Source: Diretmus argenteus (lineage: Eukaryota). From it: DNA of 64,000 bases. Each line of letters begins with the position of its first letter. The first letter of the stretch is position 1. Shown piece by piece: positions 1-11,499 of this stretch. The notes beneath the pieces were generated by a model that saw only the letters and a list, made by a program, of their open reading frames with translations, had not been told where the DNA came from and did not search any database. The position numbers and the translations under genes are program-made. The stretch covers positions 34,942,381 through 35,006,380 of the forward strand of contig CM109057.1 of NCBI GenBank assembly GCA_048569125.1. The letters are read 5' to 3'.

Positions 1-494
1 GATTTGCCTTATTTATGAAAAACACACGTAGGTTTAATCTGGACAGGAGAGATATGGTCTGGTTGAGCCCAAAATATATCAATTATGATGGGGAGAAAAA
101 AAACCTCTGGACTTGAAATACAGACAAACACAGGGGGGGGGGGGGTATATTCCAGATTAGAGGGGGTATATTTTGGGCTGTGACACCTGTACCAGTTTCA
201 TTCTTAGATTTGTACAAATGAACATGATCCGTGATCTGTGGCTTGAAAAGATTTGTTCACTTGACTGAATGAGATCCGAAGATCCGAATCTGAAAAAAGA
301 CCTGAACTTCCCACCGCTACTCCCCACATTATTCAGGCTTTACTGATGTCATGTCACATGACCTCAGGCTATTGCATTTTTTCAAACTCACTTCTCACTG
401 CCATTTGTAGCCACCGACATGTTAAGTTGCCTAATGGAGCTTTAAAAACAAGACTAGGTCCAAACCTGGTATGTGTCTGGACCCAGGACTGTAG

Positions 495-745
495 TCGAGA
501 CCGCCTTGGTCAAGTCCAAGTCCATATCGAGTCCAAGTCCAGATCAAGTCCAAGTCCATATCGAGTCCAAGTCCAGATCAAGTCCAAGTCCATATCGAGT
601 CCAAGTCCAGATCAAGTCCAAGTCCATATCGAGTCCAAGTCCAGATCAAGTCCAAGTCCATATCGAGTCCAAGTCCAGATCGAGTCCAAGTCCAGATCAA
701 GTCCAAGTCCAGATCGAGTCCAAGTCCAGATTGAGTCTGATTCAA
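495..745. repeat. minisatellite, 17-bp unit (caagtccaKatcgagtc) x ~15
   Basis: Direct tandem repeats are visible. Track ORFs 346-768, 473-817 and 612-839 are translations of this array. Confidence 0.9.
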
Positions 746-1320
746 GACCAAGACCGGAGGGGAGTTGAGAGGGTCGAGACCGAGTTGAGACTAAGACAGG
801 GGGGGGGGGGTTCTTAAGACATTTCAACCAAATCAGCATGTTTTGAAGACTAAATTAATTCTTGTTTATTTGTAGTCCCGGAGAAATGTTGAAAACTGTC
901 AGCTGTATTTTTTTTAAATTATTTATAATTTTTAATTAATTTTAATTAATTTAATTTAATTTAATTAATTTAATTAATTTTTTAATTTTTATAATTTATT
1001 AATTATTTAAAATTATTTTTTATTTTTCATTTTGAAATGAAAAGAAATGTTTGTCATTTCCAGGGCTGCAGCTAGATGATATTGCATAACTTTATCAACT
1101 GTGACAATGGTTTCATTCACTGCTGGTCACTTTCTTTGAAGAGATTATAATTATTACAACAATATTATTATGTAACATTAATTCATTAAAGACCGTTTCA
1201 AGTCCGAGTCATATTAACTATGAGTCCGAGACGAGACCAAGACCGTCAAAAATCTATCTCGACCGGACTCGAGTACTACAGCCTTGACCTGAGCGCTCTC
1301 CCTACAATACTACATGAACA

Positions 1321-1530
1321 AGACAAGATAAGATGAGATGAGATGAGATGAGATGAGATGAGATGAGATGAGATGAGATGAGATGAGATGAGATGAGATG
1401 AGATGAGATGAGATGAGATGAGATGAGATGAGATGAGATGAGATGAGATGAGATGAGATGAGATGAGATGAGATGAGATGAGATGAGATGAGATGAGATG
1501 AGATAAGATAAGATAAGATAAGATAATTTA
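1321..1530. repeat. (GAGAT)n / (AGATA)n pentanucleotide microsatellite
   Basis: About 38 perfect gagat units followed by agata units. Track ORF 1302-1610(-) with ISSHL repeats is an artefact of this array. Confidence 0.95.
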
Positions 1531-1599
1531 TTCATCCCTGTGGGGAAATAAAATACAGCTTCCAGGGCGCGGCCAGACAGACTGGATGGAGAGTTCAGG

Positions 1600-2420
1600 G
1601 CTTTATTCACACATACCGAATTAAATATAAATGACCCGGTGTCGACTGCCTTTCATGCACCGTCAAGCCGGATGTTAGCGAGTGTTAGCGGGTTTTGACC
1701 AGTGGAAAAGGGGCATTATGCCACGTTTCCACTGGGCAAAAAACCCGCTTACACCCAGTAACATCCGGCTTTTTCCTGCAGTGGGAACGGTTCCACACGA
1801 TATTCAGAACTGGGTCAAATGACTGCAATCGACAACGGTAATTATCGGCTCCGGCTTTAATCGGCATTGATGGGAACATGACACCGGGTAAACACGGTAT
1901 TTTTTGCCCCTTTTCCGGTGTGATATGCTGACGCGACCAACACTGCTGGGCTGGACCTATGAAATGTCATCATCCATCGCTGAGGGCTGATCACAAAAAT
2001 CAACGATGTGTGTATAAACCCAGTCCATACAGCTGCTCGCCACGCAGCACCGCGCTCCTTCATTCGTTTCCATGAAATGTATATGAGGAGAACGGAGCTT
2101 TGAACAGTACCGTGGGGCGGAGATGTATAAACCGGAGGGCTCGAGGCTGGCAGAGCACCTGCTCCCGGCCCGGACCTCGCCGCTTCCCGGGGTCGTGGAC
2201 ATAGTGCTCGCTGTGCCCTCTCTCCCTGTGGGGAGGGACACGGATGTCAACTGGGAGGACTGTCCTTGTTTCTCTGTTTGTGTAACTTCCGGCGCGTTCC
2301 CGGCGTCGTTCGTGACGTTGAACGTGACAAACTTGGCTTCTGGCAATGGGAAAGGTGTCAATCGGCTATTTTTTACCGGGTAAACCCGTCTTTAAAAACC
2401 CCGCTTATACCCATTAATTT
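1600..2420. other. unclassified GC- and CpG-rich segment with internal inverted and direct repeats
   Basis: Local CpG density is far higher than in flanking fish DNA. The motif aaaaaccccgcttaYaccca is repeated at ~1745 and ~2395. A hairpin pair is gggttttgaccagtggaaa / tttccactgggcaaaaaacc. Confidence 0.4.
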
Positions 2421-2717
2421 TGGTGTAAAAACAGTATTAATCAGTCAGTCAGTCACTATCCCAAAAAGTCCGGCGCAGAGCTTCCTCGTGTTGCAACAGA
2501 AGACCTAAAGTCCACCACCAGACACGTTTTAAAGTAGGCTGTGTAAAAATACTCTGCTATGATTAACATTTTGTGGAAGCACATCTACTCTCTCTCCCTC
2601 ATGGAGAAATTCAGGATGTATGAATATTTAAATATAATATGAAAAACATCGCAGGCCTCCGCCTCTCGCCTGCAGCAGAGGGGCCCCAGCCAAAGCTCTG
2701 CTAGGGCCCCAAAAAGG

Positions 2718-2806
2718 CCAGAGCCGGCCCTTCTACCTGGTACAGATAAACACCCGGATGGGGAGCCGGCCCTTCTACCTGGTACAGATAAACACCCGGA
2801 TGTGCT
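2718..2806. repeat. 44-bp tandem duplication (ccagagccggcccttctacctggtacagataaacacccggatg x2)
   Basis: Exact direct duplication. Confidence 0.9.
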
Positions 2807-3629
2807 GTTAGGAGGAAATGCTTTGAACACCATGAAAAGGCATCTAGTTCATAACTAATATCGTATCCTCCTGCAAGGTGTTCGTGTGCTGACTGTGTTA
2901 CAACGCCCACAGACTGGATGAAAACACCACAGGAATACCATCGTTTTTGGAGTTATTATATATCACAAGTTAGTGTCCACATCATTCCTACAGAACAGAC
3001 ACATGAAGCACCTGGAGACATTTGTTATTTTGTACTCCCCCCAAAGCATTACATATTTTTATCATTATTTTTTATCCCTACCCTTTACTTTATTATCCTG
3101 ATTGTTATTCTTGTGTTATTCTATTCTGTGTTATTGCTGCTTTAAAAACAGAAATCCCCCCTTGTAGATTAATAACCTATACATACCTTTTGTGCTGTAT
3201 GTGGAAAGGAGACAGGGAATTACTGTACCACAGCCGCCTACCTGCATGACTACACCCTGAGGTCTGTGTGCCTTAATCCCTACACCCTCCATGGGGGTAT
3301 GCGGCAACTTACTGCCTATGAAGCGTAAATAAGATTTAAAAAGAGAGAGACTATGCACATCCAGAGATGTGCCAGATATGTAGGACAAACCACTAGGCAA
3401 AGCGTGCAAAATAGGAAGATCCCGCACACACTGTAGATCTATAATGCAGAATGAAAATAGTATTTATTGAGATTATAAATAAATACACACAATATAAATA
3501 GGGCTGATATACAGGTATTTTAAAACACACACACAAAACATGTTTTATGCCATCATGTATAATAAGTTCACAGGGGGAACACAAAGCATACAAACAAACA
3601 CAAATAAACAAACAAAAATATATATGACA

Positions 3630-3661
<32 letters not shown>

Positions 3662-4104
3662 AAACACGTGAAAATGTCCATTTCTATGCAGCAGCAGGTA
3701 TCTGGCATAAGCAGCTTTGTGAGCTGTGGTATATGGGGATACTAGGGAGTGGAGAAAGACCAGCGACCGTCCGTGTTCCTGGAGGATGCAGCCGTGGGAG
3801 AAGAGCCAGTCTGGGTTGGAGCTGGTAGTGGATGACCTCCTGCCGGGACAGAGGGCCGGTGCTCCGCCTGCAGAGCATGGAGATAAGCGGCCGGCGTCAA
3901 GATTGATCGACTCTCCTCCCCGACACGCCTCAGTCTGTCATAGCAACCTGTGGTAGCAAGTCATGACTGATAACCGCGGCGAAACAAACAGTGGCAAAGC
4001 GATGAGCCCCCGTCTGAATTTCGTTGCGCCTGTAGTAGTGTAAATACGGTAGGGACGGACTGTCAGCGAGGTGAAGGTCCTGAAAGATACATGTGTTTTC
4101 GTTC

Positions 4105-4892
4105 ATGTTCTGTGTTCTTTAATGAACATAATGCATTGTACTTTTTCCTCATGTTATATAATAAAATGATACAATCTGAAGTAATTCTACGGTACTGTTT
4201 TTATTTTATAAAAATGGAGCTCAAAAATTAAGATGTAATAATGTTTGTCATAAGGAACCTTTCCTTCATAGGTTAGCTGAAATGTCCAAGGGATTCCTGA
4301 TGACCCAGACTATGTTCTTGTCAAATGGCATGTGATTTTACTGTACAAGCTCAAATCACATAACACATTCAGTACATGGATTTTCACATGGTCATATAAA
4401 GGGTCACAAAGAAAAATTCATCGAACCTTTTTTTTAGGACACTTCAAGGAAATTATGAAAGTTATAGTGTAATTTGAGCTGACTTTCCCTTTAAATTACT
4501 TTAAATTAAAATCACATGAAACTTGACATGGTCATAGTCAGAGCAATCTTGAACAGGAATCCATCCAAATTTCATATAGACTATTAAGGATAAAAAAGTA
4601 ATATCTAATGTGAGGAAATTATGAATGTGTTATAATGTCATTTGAGCTGACTTTCCCTTTAATTTTCTCAAAAACTACAGTAAAATCACATGACATTTGA
4701 CACAGACATAGTCTGGGTCTGTCTTATGACGGGTCAAAGCTGAATATTTGATTATATTTTAACTTTTTAGATCCCTTTTAAAAAAACAAAAAAACAGTAG
4801 GCCTACAGTAGAATTTTATTATAGTTGGATTTCATATAACATGAGGAAAAAGTACAATGCATTATGTTCATAAAAGAACACAGAAAGAACAT
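4105..4892. mobile_element. foldback/MITE-like element with ~90-bp terminal inverted repeats and an internal ~110-bp direct duplication
   Basis: 4105-4195 is the reverse complement of 4808-4892 (catgaggaaaaagtacaatgcattatgttcat...). The internal unit aattatgaaagttatagtgtaatttgagctgactttccc is repeated at ~4450 and ~4615. Confidence 0.7.
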
Positions 4893-5559
4893 TTTGATTT
4901 GATTTATTTAATTGCTCAGCAAACCTTCACAAAACAATTAAGGGCTTAAAGACAATCGAGGATAAAATAAACACATTAAAGTAAGACTTGTTTCCAATGT
5001 GGTCCTCACATAAAACAAAGACACATAAATAAAAATAGTCAAAATTAAACAGTCGGTTAAATTATAAGGCTAAAACTAATCAAGTAGGCTACTATCAAAT
5101 AAAATACAATACATATTTGTTCAAACAATAAGATTAAATGTCACTCTGCTACCCTGTCCAGCAGCCATGATTTTGTTCTCCCTTTATATTATTATTATTT
5201 ATTTATTTATTTATTAAAGGTGCTCAGTCCAGGACTTAACATGAAAGAAAACACGTATGTATCTTTTAGGACCTTCGCCTCGCCCAATGGCCCAGACACC
5301 ATCCTTACCGTAATTACACTACTTTAAGCGCAAAGAAATTCAGACGGGCGATCGCATTACCACGCTGTCGTGCTGCTGCTGCGGAAATGGAAAGTTGTTG
5401 CGCTTCCTCCTTTACGGCAGCGTCATCCTCTCTCTAAAAAGCTTGTAATTCAGACGCTGAGCGGAGCTGAGCTTTCAGACTTCTTCAATGTTGTTTATAT
5501 ATACTTGTTTATCTTCTGGCTAACACGTTTAATGCTAATTTTCGGTAAATCTTCCGTTA

Positions 5560-5800
5560 CGCGGGGACAGTCTCCCGAAGATCCGTCATTACGGTAAAAA
5601 TGTACACAACGAAACTGACCAATCAGCGCTGCGCTCTGGTCAGCCGTGCAGCTGAAGGAGGCGATTTACTGTAAATCAGCCTGACTTGACTTTAGAAACA
5701 GCTGCCAACACGGTGTTATATAGAAGAAGCTAGCATTATATTATAGCGGAAACATACAGACATATTGAATACAGTCACCGGTCTGCCCACAGGGGTTAAG
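5560..5800 (+). promoter_or_regulatory. tep1: putative tep1 promoter and non-coding exon 1 (CCAAT box ~5618-5625; consensus donor aag|gtaagt at 5800/5801)
   Basis: Moderately CpG-rich stretch (cggcgatcgc, cgctgtcgtg) upstream of the first coding exon. gaccaatcagcgctg matches a CCAAT box. gtaagt lies 820 nt upstream of the acceptor of the ATG exon. This is inference only. Confidence 0.25.
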
Positions 5801-6039
5801 GTAAGTTTGTGCGTGTTTTATCTTTGTGCTAGTCACCACACCAAAGTGAATCATAAGAAGTAGGAAACAGTTTCCCTTCTATTGAATCACGTTTAGACAT
5901 AAACCAGACACATCCAGCTTCTTTCTTAAAGTTACTGTAGTAATATATGATTTTCTTTCCATTAACAAAGTACACAGTTTAAATCCACTCAACCCAGTAG
6001 CTCTTATTTGCATGAATGTTAGATGTAATGTTCCCTTTA

Positions 6040-6300
6040 GGTCCATATTCAATGGCATATAGTGAAATGTATTTAGTACCTATTCCAGCTCAATATGAGA
6101 AGGAGTAACAACAAAATACTGATAATAAAGAAATAATGAAAATAATAATAAAATGCTATGCATGCAAATAGTAATAATAAGAGGATTTTGAAAAGAATGT
6201 GCAAGATGTGCAAAATAGTGCAGTAGGGAAGAAAAAACAAACAGGGAAAAGGGCAAAAATAATGTATCTGTGAATTAACTTGGAGGTGGGAGGGGGGCTA
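6040..6300. repeat. dispersed repeat family, copy 1 (second copy at 54950-55270)
   Basis: Shared blocks ...gatgtgcaaaatagtgcagtaggg...aataatgtatctgtgaattaact... occur in both places. Confidence 0.6.
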
Positions 6301-6619
6301 GGCAGTTGTATTCACGCACAAGTTTGTTTGTTTTTGGATATTTCCTATGCATGCTACTCCTTGTATCTACTGACACTCCACCCAGTCTGTTGGGCCTTGG
6401 TCTGACTGCTTGTGAACTTTGTCCTATTTTTTATTGTTCTCTTTGTCATCATAGCAATAACCTGTATGTGAGCAACACATTGTAACTACTGTAGTACAGT
6501 GACTGTTCAAACAGTTGCTGGAATGTGGCTGAACAGCGTATCCCACTGCATGTCAGGGCGGGGGAGGTTGGATGCTCACCTTTGTGATGGACTATGACCC
6601 TTGATGTGTTTCTCAACAG

Positions 6620-7188
6620 AGATGAGGATGCTGCTACAGGTGAACAGCGTCCCTGGAGAGCAGCAGGCCACAGCGGGGAGACGTCTCTTCTCCAACTATG
6701 TTCCTCCAAGTCTGGAGAATAAGTTCCTAGCCCAGGCCTCCTCTCTGATGCCTCAGCCCGGCTCTAAGCTCTCATACCTGGCATCGCAACCCTCCTCCTG
6801 CCCCTCTCTCCAACCCTCCAGCCTGTCCTCCACCACCTGTCTCTCCCTCCAACCCTCCAGCCTGTCCTTCACCACCTGTCCCTCCCTCCAACCCTCCAGC
6901 CTGTCCTCCACTACCTCCACCCTTCTCTCCCCTTCCTCCCCCTACTGCTCTCCTCTCCTTAGCACCCAGAACAGGCTCTTATGCTCCTCCACTCTCACTG
7001 CTTCTGTCCCCCATGGCTGTTTGCTCTCCACATCCCTGGCCAGCGGTCCTCTGCTCAGCTGCTCCTCTCATCTCTCTTCTCCTTCCCTCTATCCTGGCCT
7101 GGGTGGAGAAGAGAAGAATTATGGAGGAGACGAAGGAAGAGAGGAGATATCTGAAGAGATGCTGTCCTGTAGTGAAGGATTGAGTGTG
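6620..7188 (+). CDS. tep1: tep1 coding exon 1 (ATG 6622): MRMLLQVNSVPGEQQ...PSLENKFLAQ followed by S/L-rich degenerate repeats
   Basis: Acceptor ttctcaacag| at 6619. The ATG has a Kozak-like context (cagagATGa). PSLENKFLAQ matches the LSLEN(R/K)CLA motif of the human TEP1 N-terminal repeats. The 3' end is uncertain: weak donor gtactt at 7189, chosen because phase 0 fits exon 2 and the total CDS is divisible by 3. Confidence 0.45.
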
Positions 7189-7310
7189 GTACTTTAAATG
7201 TTCTTCCTTTTTTTTATCTTTTTGCACAATTGAATTTAAAAAGCTTATTTTGAATATCTGACACACCCTATGAATCCCATTACATGGTTACTGTTCTTGT
7301 ACATCAACAG

Positions 7311-7484
7311 CATTATGAGGAAGATGGTGTGACGACTGAGGAGCAGGATGACCTGACCATTCAATTACCCGTCCTAGAACTGGGCGATGAGAAGTATGAC
7401 CAAACTATGATGATCAGGGAGGAGGAATTCGCTGAAGTTGAGAGAGGAAAAGATGAGGTTGAAGAGGAACGTCAGGATAAAAAG
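7311..7484 (+). CDS. tep1: tep1 exon 2: acidic linker HYEEDGVTTEEQDD...RQDKK
   Basis: Acceptor acatcaacag|, donor aag|gtaggt. Phase 0/0. Acidic like human SLGEESEVEDLAVKL. Confidence 0.6.
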
Positions 7485-7560
7485 GTAGGTAGAGTGTATT
7501 CTACGGTGGGTACTGTACATCTTAATACAGGGTGCCTGCATAGCCATAACACGTCTTAAA

Positions 7561-8830
7561 GGGACAGTTCAACATTTTGGGAAATAAACAGATTCTCCGT
7601 CTTACCCGAGTCAGACGAGACGATCAATATAATTTTAATTTCTGTGCGTCCAGTTTTTAGAAAAATAAAACTGGAGTGTTAGCCTAGCTTAGCACAAAGA
7701 CTGGAAACAGATGCCTCCACTAGCCTAGCTTAGCACAAAGACGGGAAACAGTTGGCTCCACTAGCCTAGCTTAGCACAAAGACTGGAAACAGTTGGCTCC
7801 ACTAGCCTAGCTTAGCACAAAGACTGGAAACAGTTGGCTCCACTAGCCTAGCTTAGCACAAAGACTGGAAACAGTTGCCTCCATTAGCCTAGCTTAGCAC
7901 AACGACTGGAAACAGATGCCTCCACTAGCCTAGCTTAGCACAAAGACTGGAAACAGTTGCCTCCATTAGCCTAGCTTAGCACAACGACTGGAAACAGATG
8001 CCTCCACTAGCCTAGCTTAGCACAAAGACTGGAAACAGTTGCCTCCATTAGCCTAGCTTAGCACAAAGACTGGAAACAGATGCCTCCACTAGCCTAGCTT
8101 AGCACAAAGACTGGAAACAGTTGCCTCCATTAGCCTAGCTTAGCACAAAGACTGGAAACAGTTGCCTCCACTAGCCTAGCTTAGCACAAAGACTGGAAAC
8201 AGTTGGCTCCACTAGCCTAGCTTAGCACAAAGACTGGAAACAGTTGGCTCCACTAGCCTAGCTTAGCACAAAGACTGGAGACAGTTGGCTTCATTAGCCT
8301 AGCTTAGCACAAAGACTGGAAACAGTTGCCTCCACTAGCCTAGCTTAGCACAAAGACTGGAAACAGTTGCCTCCACTAGCCTAGCTTAGCACAAAGACTG
8401 GAAACAGTTGCCTCCACTAGCCTAGCTTAGCACAAAGACTGGAAACAGGTGCCTCCACTAGCCTAGCTTAGCACAAAGACTGGAAACAGTTGCCTCCACT
8501 AGCCTAGCTTAGCACAAAGACTGGAAACAGGTGCCTCCACTAGCCTAGCTTAGCAGTTGCCTCCACTAGCCTAGCTTAGCACAAAGACTGGAAACAGTTG
8601 GCTCCACTAGCCTAGCTTAGCACAACGACTGGAAACAGTTGGCTCCACTAGCCTAGCTTAGCATAAAGACTGGAAACAGTTTCCTCCACTAGCCTAGCTT
8701 AGCGCAAATACTTCATCCAGTTAGGACGTCCCATAGAGAAAACTCACTATTAGTCACTGTTACTATTGGTGATTAAAATGTTTTCTGTTGCTTCTTTTAT
8801 CAGTTTATTTCCCAAAATGTTGAACTATCC
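7561..8830. mobile_element. MITE with 28-bp TIRs (gggacagttcaacattttgggaaataaac) carrying an internal 40-bp minisatellite
   Basis: The terminal inverted repeat is perfect except for one base. A partial right-end copy of the same family lies at ~10990-11095. Confidence 0.8.
7690..8705. repeat. 40-bp minisatellite (tgcctccactagcctagcttagcacaaagactggaaacag) x ~25, internal to the MITE
   Basis: Identical or near-identical units with no unique spacers, so it is not a CRISPR array. Confidence 0.95.
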
Positions 8831-9227
8831 ATTTAATAAAGTAAATAAGACTTTACCCTTTATCAAGGATTTCATCAAAAGGATTTCTTCAAGGAAATTT
8901 GTAACTTCAGCTCGGAATCACTGCGCTGTCAAGAAATACGTCCTTGCATTCAGTTTCAGAGGTCTTAAAAATGTTGCAGTTTCTTGTTCTCTTCTATGTG
9001 ACATTTAAAAGATATTGAACCATCTCAAATATAACTCAATGAATCTTGCCGGCACCCTGGAGTAGTCTTTCCTTTCCCTCAGTGTCTCTGCTCCAATGCT
9101 GCCACCATATATTTCCTGTACACTTATTATACTTATCGGAAAACGTGATTCTGATTTCCTCTAACCTCTGAATACATTTTCCCTTTTCTGCTTCATCCCT
9201 CCCTCCTCTCTCCCTCACATCCCTCAG

Positions 9228-9377
9228 TATCTGCTGTTGAACGAGGTGTGTTGTTCCCTGGTCAATAAGAACACAGCTCCAGGCCAGGGAGGTTGGGACT
9301 CAGAGACGAGTGTGTGGACCAGGATCACACACCTGGCGAAGGACATCTCTGCCCATGACCCACAGTTTCTTCTCAAG
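9228..9377 (+). CDS. tep1: tep1 exon 3: YLLLNEVCCSLVNKN...HDPQFLLK
   Basis: Acceptor ccctcag|, donor aag|gtgtgt. Aligns to human LLSLLCSTLVSEV...EPEFILK. Confidence 0.8.
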
Positions 9378-9603
9378 GTGTGTGATCGTATTATCAGGTT
9401 CTATTTTCTTTTTTTGCCACACGGACCAGTTGAGTTTGTTTCGGTACCAATGGAGAAATTGCTCTGACATTCACAACACATTACAAATTGGGTGCAGCAG
9501 TAAAAGAAGAGAGGCAAACAGACGGTACAGAGCGCAGCAGCATGTTTATGAGCTTGAGCTAGATATCATATCCACTACATGTGTTCTTTCTTTTTCCATC
9601 CAG

Positions 9604-9768
9604 GTGGCGGTGTATACCAGACAGGAGTTGAACATCCGTATAACAGCTAACTTCCTGTTGGCTCTGGCTGCCAATCAGCCCTCCACCAAGCCACATGTCC
9701 GCAGATACTTCTGCGCAGCTGTACAGCTGCCCTCCGATTGGCTAGAAGTAGCCAGAATCTATAGCACG
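9604..9768 (+). CDS. tep1: tep1 exon 4 (TROVE): VAVYTRQELNIRITANFLLALAA...RRYFCAAVQLPSDWLEVARIYST
   Basis: Acceptor ccatccag|, donor acg|gtaagt. Near-identical to human ...HLRRYFCAIVQLPSDWIQVAELYQS. Confidence 0.9.
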
Positions 9769-10101
9769 GTAAGTCTTACCCACGATCTGGTGGAGCCTCC
9801 ATGTCCGGCGTATGGCCTGAGGACTGAGCCCTCACAGACTTTGGACAACGTCACTAGCGTGTTCAGGGCGGCAGTAGCTCAGGTAGAGCAGTCGTCTGGA
9901 AATCGGAGGGTTCCCGGTTTGAGGCTCCTCCTCCCGGTAGCGTGTCGATGTGTCCTTGAGCAAGACACTGAACCCCTCACTGCTCCCGATGAGCAGATTG
10001 GCGCCTTGCATGGCTGCCACTGCCGTCGGTGTATGAATGTATACTGAATGGGTACAATGTGAAGTGTAAAAATTGTAAAGTGCTTTGAGTGGTCTCTAGT
10101 C

Positions 10102-10495
10102 TCTAGAACAGTGGTTCTCAACCTTTTTCATATCAAGGACCATTATTTAGTCACAGACCACCATTTGTTGAGATTTCACCTCTCAGACCCAAAACTTAGA
10201 ATATTGTGTTATTGTTGGATAGGATTTAGTGCAGAATTCCAACACTGTATTGATGTGGCAGAGAGATAACAGACAAACGTTGATCAAAATAACAATTCTT
10301 CTACATTCTCTAATTGTGTAAACTTTTTGTAAATTAAGTAATGCAAATGTTTAACAACAATTTAACTCTGAGCGTTACAGACCTATAAGGGTCCATTTGG
10401 TTCCCAACTATCCATCATTTAGCTGGGGACCACCTGGAATCCCTCAAGGACCACTGGTGGTCCCCGGACCACTGGTTGAGAACCACTGCTCTAGA
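10102..10495. mobile_element. MITE, family with TIR tctagaRcagtggttctcaacc (copy 1)
   Basis: The TIRs are 10102-10123 versus the reverse complement of 10473-10495. A second copy is at 25547-25833 and a fragment at ~17850-17880. Confidence 0.75.
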
Positions 10496-10820
10496 AGATT
10501 AGAAAATTGCTATATAAATTTACCATTTCAGTATGCGAGTGTGAGACGCTGTGATGGCTTGCATCGTTATAGAAACGAGACAGACTTCGTGACATCACAC
10601 TTTGCTTTGCATACAGTGATGCCACTGTCTCATGTACCAGATGGACTTGACCATCCGGACCAACATGTGTGGAAAACACGTTTGTTGATACAAACAAGTT
10701 CAATATCACGTTACAGTAGGAAGAGAGATACAAAGAGAGCTCATATCAGTCCATCTCTCTGTTCTGCTCAATCTAAATATGCCTATCTCTATCTCTCTAT
10801 CTCTCTTTCTCTGTCTCCAG

Positions 10821-10958
10821 TGCTTCAGTCGCTCTCTACCAGCGTGCCTGAAGAAGGCCCTAACTGACAAGTTCAAGCAGTTCAATGAGTATCAGCTGGC
10901 CAAATACAACACGCGCAAACACCGCTGCAAACACAACCGCAAAGGCTCCAAAGAAAAG
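10821..10958 (+). CDS. tep1: tep1 exon 5 (TROVE): CFSRSLPACLKKALTDKFKQFNEYQLAKYNTRKHR...
   Basis: Acceptor tctccag|, donor aag|gtacgc. Matches human LPACLRTAMTDKFAQFDEYQLAKYNPRKHR. Confidence 0.85.
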
Positions 10959-11269
10959 GTACGCTAGAACTGATTTTGGTCACTATGATATTATTTTATT
11001 TGGGCTTCATCCAGTTAGGACGTCCCATAGAGAAAGCTCACTACTAGTCCCTGTTAGTAGTGGTGATTAATATGTTTTCTGTTGCTTCTTTCTATTTTCC
11101 ATCATGAAAAACGAGTTGAAACCCACACTATGCTATGTTAGTTGGCCGGTGGGAAAAGTCTGCTAACATTGTGCAGGTTTTTACAATCCTCTCTTCACAC
11201 TCAACGTGAATATGCATAAGTGTCTCCGCTCTGTTCTTCTTCTTACCCTCTATGATCTGTCCATTCCAG

Positions 11270-11341
11270 AAAATAACCGATGAGCAGCTGGGCCGGTGGG
11301 CAAACTTGCTCAGATCAGATGCCACTATGTTGAAGAAGTTT
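11270..11341 (+). CDS. tep1: tep1 exon 6: KITDEQLGRWANLLRSDATMLKKF
   Basis: Acceptor cattccag|, donor ttt|gtaagt. Open frame, phase 0/0. Lies in a divergent linker region, so it is supported mainly by splice signals and phase. Confidence 0.55.
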
Positions 11342-11499
11342 GTAAGTTAATTTCCTTAAGTTATTACAAAGATTTGGATTGAATGTCACACTAAGAAATA
11401 TGTTGTTGAATGGTTTTAGTTTTGAAGTTTGTTTTTGCTTATTACCTCCGCACAAGAACGAAGTCCGGGGGGAGAGGTCATGCTTTCGGTCAGGTCCGT

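Noticed and set aside
346-839. Track ORFs 346-768, 473-817 and 612-839(-) with repetitive SKSRSSPSP / LDLDSIWTWT peptides
   Set aside because: They are translations of the 17-bp minisatellite at 495-745 and are not genes.
1685-2383. Several 60-134-aa ORFs in the GC-rich block, considered as a possible upstream gene
   Set aside because: No recognisable domain or splice structure. The block is retained only as an unexplained CpG-rich segment in the findings.
7690-8705. Possible CRISPR array (regular ~40-bp repeats)
   Set aside because: This is a eukaryotic locus. The units are identical with no unique spacers, and the array sits inside a TIR-bounded MITE, so it is a minisatellite.
9310-10047. 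245-aa track ORF spanning tep1 exon 4
   Set aside because: Only 9604-9768 is supported by splice signals and TEP1 homology. The remainder is intronic read-through before and after the exon.
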